A stretch of DNA of 64,000 nt from Planktothrix sp. GU0601_MAG3 (lineage in GTDB: Bacteria > Cyanobacteriota > Cyanobacteriia > Cyanobacteriales > Microcoleaceae), in NCBI GenBank assembly GCA_035193785.1, contig CP136572.1, positions 576,001-640,000 of the forward strand, written 5' to 3'. Made by a program: the position numbers and the translations under genes. Each line of letters opens with the position of its first letter. Positions within the stretch are counted from its first letter, which is position 1. The notes under the pieces were generated by a model, which saw only the letters and a program-made list of their open reading frames with translations, did no database searches and was not told where the DNA came from. Positions 61,110-64,000 of the stretch are shown piece by piece.

Positions 61110-61367
61110 ATGGTATTACGATTATTACTTTCTCCGATCACAGCACCCTTTGAAGGTGTAATCTGGATTGGGGAACAACTCCTAGAACGGGCGGAAGCCG
61201 AACTTGATGATAAAGAAAATTTAGGAAAGCGGTTATTGGCGCTCCAGTTAGCCTTTGATATGGGGGATATTCCAGAGGAAGATTTTGAAGTTCAAGAGGA
61301 AGAATTATTACTACAAATTCAAGCCTTAGAAGATGAAGCCAACCAAGAAGAAGATGAAATATATTAA
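61110..61367 (+). CDS. gvpG: Gas vesicle protein G
   Basis: LLSPITAP...WIGEQ...LQLAFDMGDI.EEDF...EEELL. Confidence 0.9.
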   Translation: MVLRLLLSPITAPFEGVIWIGEQLLERAEAELDDKENLGKRLLALQLAFDMGDIPEEDFEVQEEELLLQIQALEDEANQEEDEIY

Positions 61368-61442
61368 ATTATAATCCTTTCCCTTCCTTCGTGTCTTCCT
61401 GTTTCCCTCAATTATCAATTTTTTTCCTATTCTCCTGTTTAA

Positions 61443-61769
61443 TTAATAGTCTAAAGTAAAAGTTGAAACCGAACCAGGTTTAGATTTGGGGGGAGTGGAA
61501 GTCGGAGGTTGGGTGGTTTTGGTTTCCGGGGGTTTAGGTTGGGCAATTTGTTTAACGTCGGTTTCTAACCCTTGGATTTGAGTTTCAATTTGTTCTAAAC
61601 GTTGAGTGACGGTTTCAAAGCGTTGTCCTAAACTTTCTAACTCCTCTTGTAACCGTTTTTTCTCTACCGCTAATTGATATAAACTGCGGTAGAGCGTCGC
61701 TTCGGTTTTTTGGCGAGGCATGGTGCTAATTTTTGGTAAAATAGGACGTTGAGAACGAAAAGGACGCAT
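61443..61769 (-). CDS. gvpV: Gas vesicle protein V-like coiled-coil protein
   Basis: PKISTMPRQKTEA...YQLAVEKKRLQEEL; convergent with gvpG. Confidence 0.7.
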   Translation of the reverse strand: MRPFRSQRPILPKISTMPRQKTEATLYRSLYQLAVEKKRLQEELESLGQRFETVTQRLEQIETQIQGLETDVKQIAQPKPPETKTTQPPTSTPPKSKPGSVSTFTLDY

Positions 61770-61822
61770 AATAATTTTGGTATAACTACGAACTCATTGT
61801 AACAATTGAATTTGTATAAGTC

Positions 61823-62527
61823 CTAAACTTTATTTTTCTTCATTAATTCACTAATTTTGCTAATTTTTTTGTTAGACTTTTGGGAAGAAAACCGTTTCGT
61901 TTCCGCAGAATAACTCCAACAGATAGCATCGGGGTCACGTTGATAACTCCAGTCAGAAAATTCCGGTTTGGTTTTCCACTTGCTGAGGGTAGTCGGATGT
62001 ACCCCCAACCGTTGGGCGAGTTCCGACTGATTTAAGGTTTCGGGTAAAATAGAATTAGATGCCGGGTTGACGGGAAATAAAACCACCGAATTAGGGTTGG
62101 CTGTTTCCGGTTTAGAAACGACCAGCAGAGGGTCTTCAACGGTCTGGGAAGGTTGGGCGGTGGGAAAATAGTAAATCATCCCGCCCACGTCGGTAATTTC
62201 ATATTGGGCGGCGAATTCGGTGGCCCGTTGGTCGAGATATTCCTGTACTTTTGTCCCCGACTGTTGGGTGTGCATGGCCAAATCTAAGGCCGTAATTCGT
62301 CCTTGGTTTTCCCGAATTAACCGATAAAATACCTCATCCAAGGTCGCTAATTGCTCCCGTTGACGCTGTTGATAATATTTCCACACCCGCCAAGACCCCC
62401 ATCCCCCAACGGTTAAAATCGCTAAGGGGAATGCTTTCTGGAGGATAAACAAAACCACCGCCACGGGGAGGAGAAGCGTCAGATATCCCCGTTCAGGAGG
62501 GTTAATCTTTGGGTTTGAGTCTGACAT
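61823..62527 (-). CDS. Membrane-anchored hypothetical protein with C-terminal HTH-like domain
   Basis: TM hairpin, GRITALDLAM, LNQSELAQRLGVHPTTLSKWK; ATG 62527 preferred over ORF start 62602. Confidence 0.6.
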   Translation of the reverse strand: MSDSNPKINPPERGYLTLLLPVAVVLFILQKAFPLAILTVGGWGSWRVWKYYQQRQREQLATLDEVFYRLIRENQGRITALDLAMHTQQSGTKVQEYLDQRATEFAAQYEITDVGGMIYYFPTAQPSQTVEDPLLVVSKPETANPNSVVLFPVNPASNSILPETLNQSELAQRLGVHPTTLSKWKTKPEFSDWSYQRDPDAICWSYSAETKRFSSQKSNKKISKISELMKKNKV

Positions 62528-62726
62528 GGATAGAGTCTGAGCAAAGGTAATATCTTCAATATTGACTAAAAAGTCTATTTTTGCAAGGTGCGCGTCTAGC
62601 AATCGTAACCTATCCCATCCGTTATCTGTTTTTGGTGGTTTTGGTTTCCAGGTGTTAAATTGAGATCATCGCAACCGGAAAAATCAACTACATCATTAAT
62701 TATTTAAAATATAATAGGTAATAATT

Positions 62727-63008
62727 ATGAACCAAGAAATGCGTCAAGAAATCCTTACCTTAGCTCAAGAATTACCTGATGAATTGTTACCAGAAGCCCT
62801 AGCATCTTTGATTTCTCTTACCCAAAAAGCTAGGGATTTAGATAGCAATTATATGGATTTACCAAACCATAAACTACCGGAACAATTACAGAATACAGGG
62901 TCAGATAATTCCTCAACTCTTAATCAGCCTGAATTTGACAAGGTAATAGCAGCTTATCAAGTTATTAGCGAAAAGTATAAAAATGCGTTACGCGAATTAG
63001 CCCAGTGA
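62727..63008 (+). CDS. Putative antitoxin partner of Doc
   Basis: GTGA overlap with doc; ends KYKNALRELAQ. Confidence 0.7.
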   Translation: MNQEMRQEILTLAQELPDELLPEALASLISLTQKARDLDSNYMDLPNHKLPEQLQNTGSDNSSTLNQPEFDKVIAAYQVISEKYKNALRELAQ

Positions 63009-63397
63009 GCGAACCGTTATGGATTTTTGAAGAAATTGTTCAAGTCATCCATCAGGATCAAATTCAGCAGCATGGTGGAAGTTTAGGAGTCAGGGATGAA
63101 AATCTCCTTTCTGCAAGTTTAGCCAGACCCAGACATTTATTTACTTATGGTCAACCTGATTTATTTGACCTAGCTGCGGCTTATGGTTATGGTTTAGCTA
63201 AAAACCATCCATTTATTGATGGTAATAAACGCACTGCTTTTGCAGTTATGGCAACTTTTTTGTTAGTTAATGGCTATTTACTGGAAATTCCCGAAATGGA
63301 AGTGGTGCAAATGATGGAACAGTTAGCAACTGACCAAGAAACTCAGGAATCTTTAGCCCAATGGTTAAGAAAAAATTCTATACCTGCTGAAGATTAA
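63005..63397 (+). CDS. doc: Doc/Fic-family toxin
   Basis: HGGSLGVRD, HPFIDGNKRTA. Confidence 0.9.
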   Translation: MSEPLWIFEEIVQVIHQDQIQQHGGSLGVRDENLLSASLARPRHLFTYGQPDLFDLAAAYGYGLAKNHPFIDGNKRTAFAVMATFLLVNGYLLEIPEMEVVQMMEQLATDQETQESLAQWLRKNSIPAED

Positions 63398-63415
63398 ATA
63401 TTAATTACCCTAATT

Positions 63416-64000
63416 TTAGGATTGCATCTCTCTAATCAGTTTAGCATAGGTTTCCGAAGGGCGATCGCCCAAATGATCCTCAATTTCCCGTTCGGTTTCC
63501 ACGATGAAAATTAATACTAAATAACCCAAACCTAGGGGTATAAGACCCCCATTCATAATTATCCGTTAATGACCAGTGCATATAACCCAAAATCGGAATA
63601 TTTTCCTGTAATAAATGTTGAATTTGACGAACATGGGCTTCTAAAAATTGACTGCGATGCAGTTGGTCAGAGCGTCGAGTGGCGATACTATTATCGGGTT
63701 TTCGACGTAACGCCATGCCATTTTCAGCAATTAAAATCGGGAGATTATATTCCTGAGCATAATATTTACAGAAAAAAGATAATCCTTCTGGGAGCGCTCG
63801 CCAGTCCCACCATTTACTCATAATTCCCGTCATCAACCAATTTCTTAACCCTTTAGTTTTGAATTCAAAATCAGAAAAAGACGGTAAACGGAAGGTATGG
63901 GCAATAAAAGGATCATAATAATCAATTGCTAGATAATCATAGACTTTTGGCCGAGGAGATATCATTAATTCTTGCCAATAATAGTCTAAATGTTGAATAT
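63416..64000 (-). CDS. Glycoside hydrolase family 1, C-terminal part (continues beyond the window); +1 at ~63497
   Basis: IAENG nucleophile motif, GYMHWSLTDNYEWGSYTPRFGL. Confidence 0.85.

Overview
Chromosomal window from a filamentous, gas-vacuolate cyanobacterium (Planktothrix-like Oscillatoriales, inferred from abundant HIP1 GCGATCGC, heptamer tandem repeats and gvp genes). Core content: hopanoid genes (hpnB-like, shc), phoH-khpA-rpsP, ndhF1-ndhD1, trxC, Z-ISO/NnrU, two tandem rbcR/ycf30-type LysR genes, a Ser/Thr kinase with two anchored binding proteins, por, a DICT-GAF histidine kinase, psaAB, futBC, ureBC, urtABCDE with a canonical NtcA promoter, carB, gvpKFG/gvpV, and toxin-antitoxin debris. 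Two things stand out. (1) About 30 apparent frameshifts, including in psaA, psaB, ndhF1, carB and rpsP, are almost all one extra base in GAAC/GTTC (read as GAAAC/GTTTC). These are best treated as systematic sequencing errors, and the motif equals the known Dnd phosphorothioation consensus. (2) A 416-bp non-autonomous IS200/IS605 element keeps a tnpB tail/omega-RNA-like end and sits exactly inside the ATG start codon of a pentameric ligand-gated ion channel gene. Nested MITEs with REP-like cargo and a candidate sRNA palindrome are also present. Coordinates of split genes span both fragments after my manual one-base correction. Product calls come from motif recognition only; no database searches were run.
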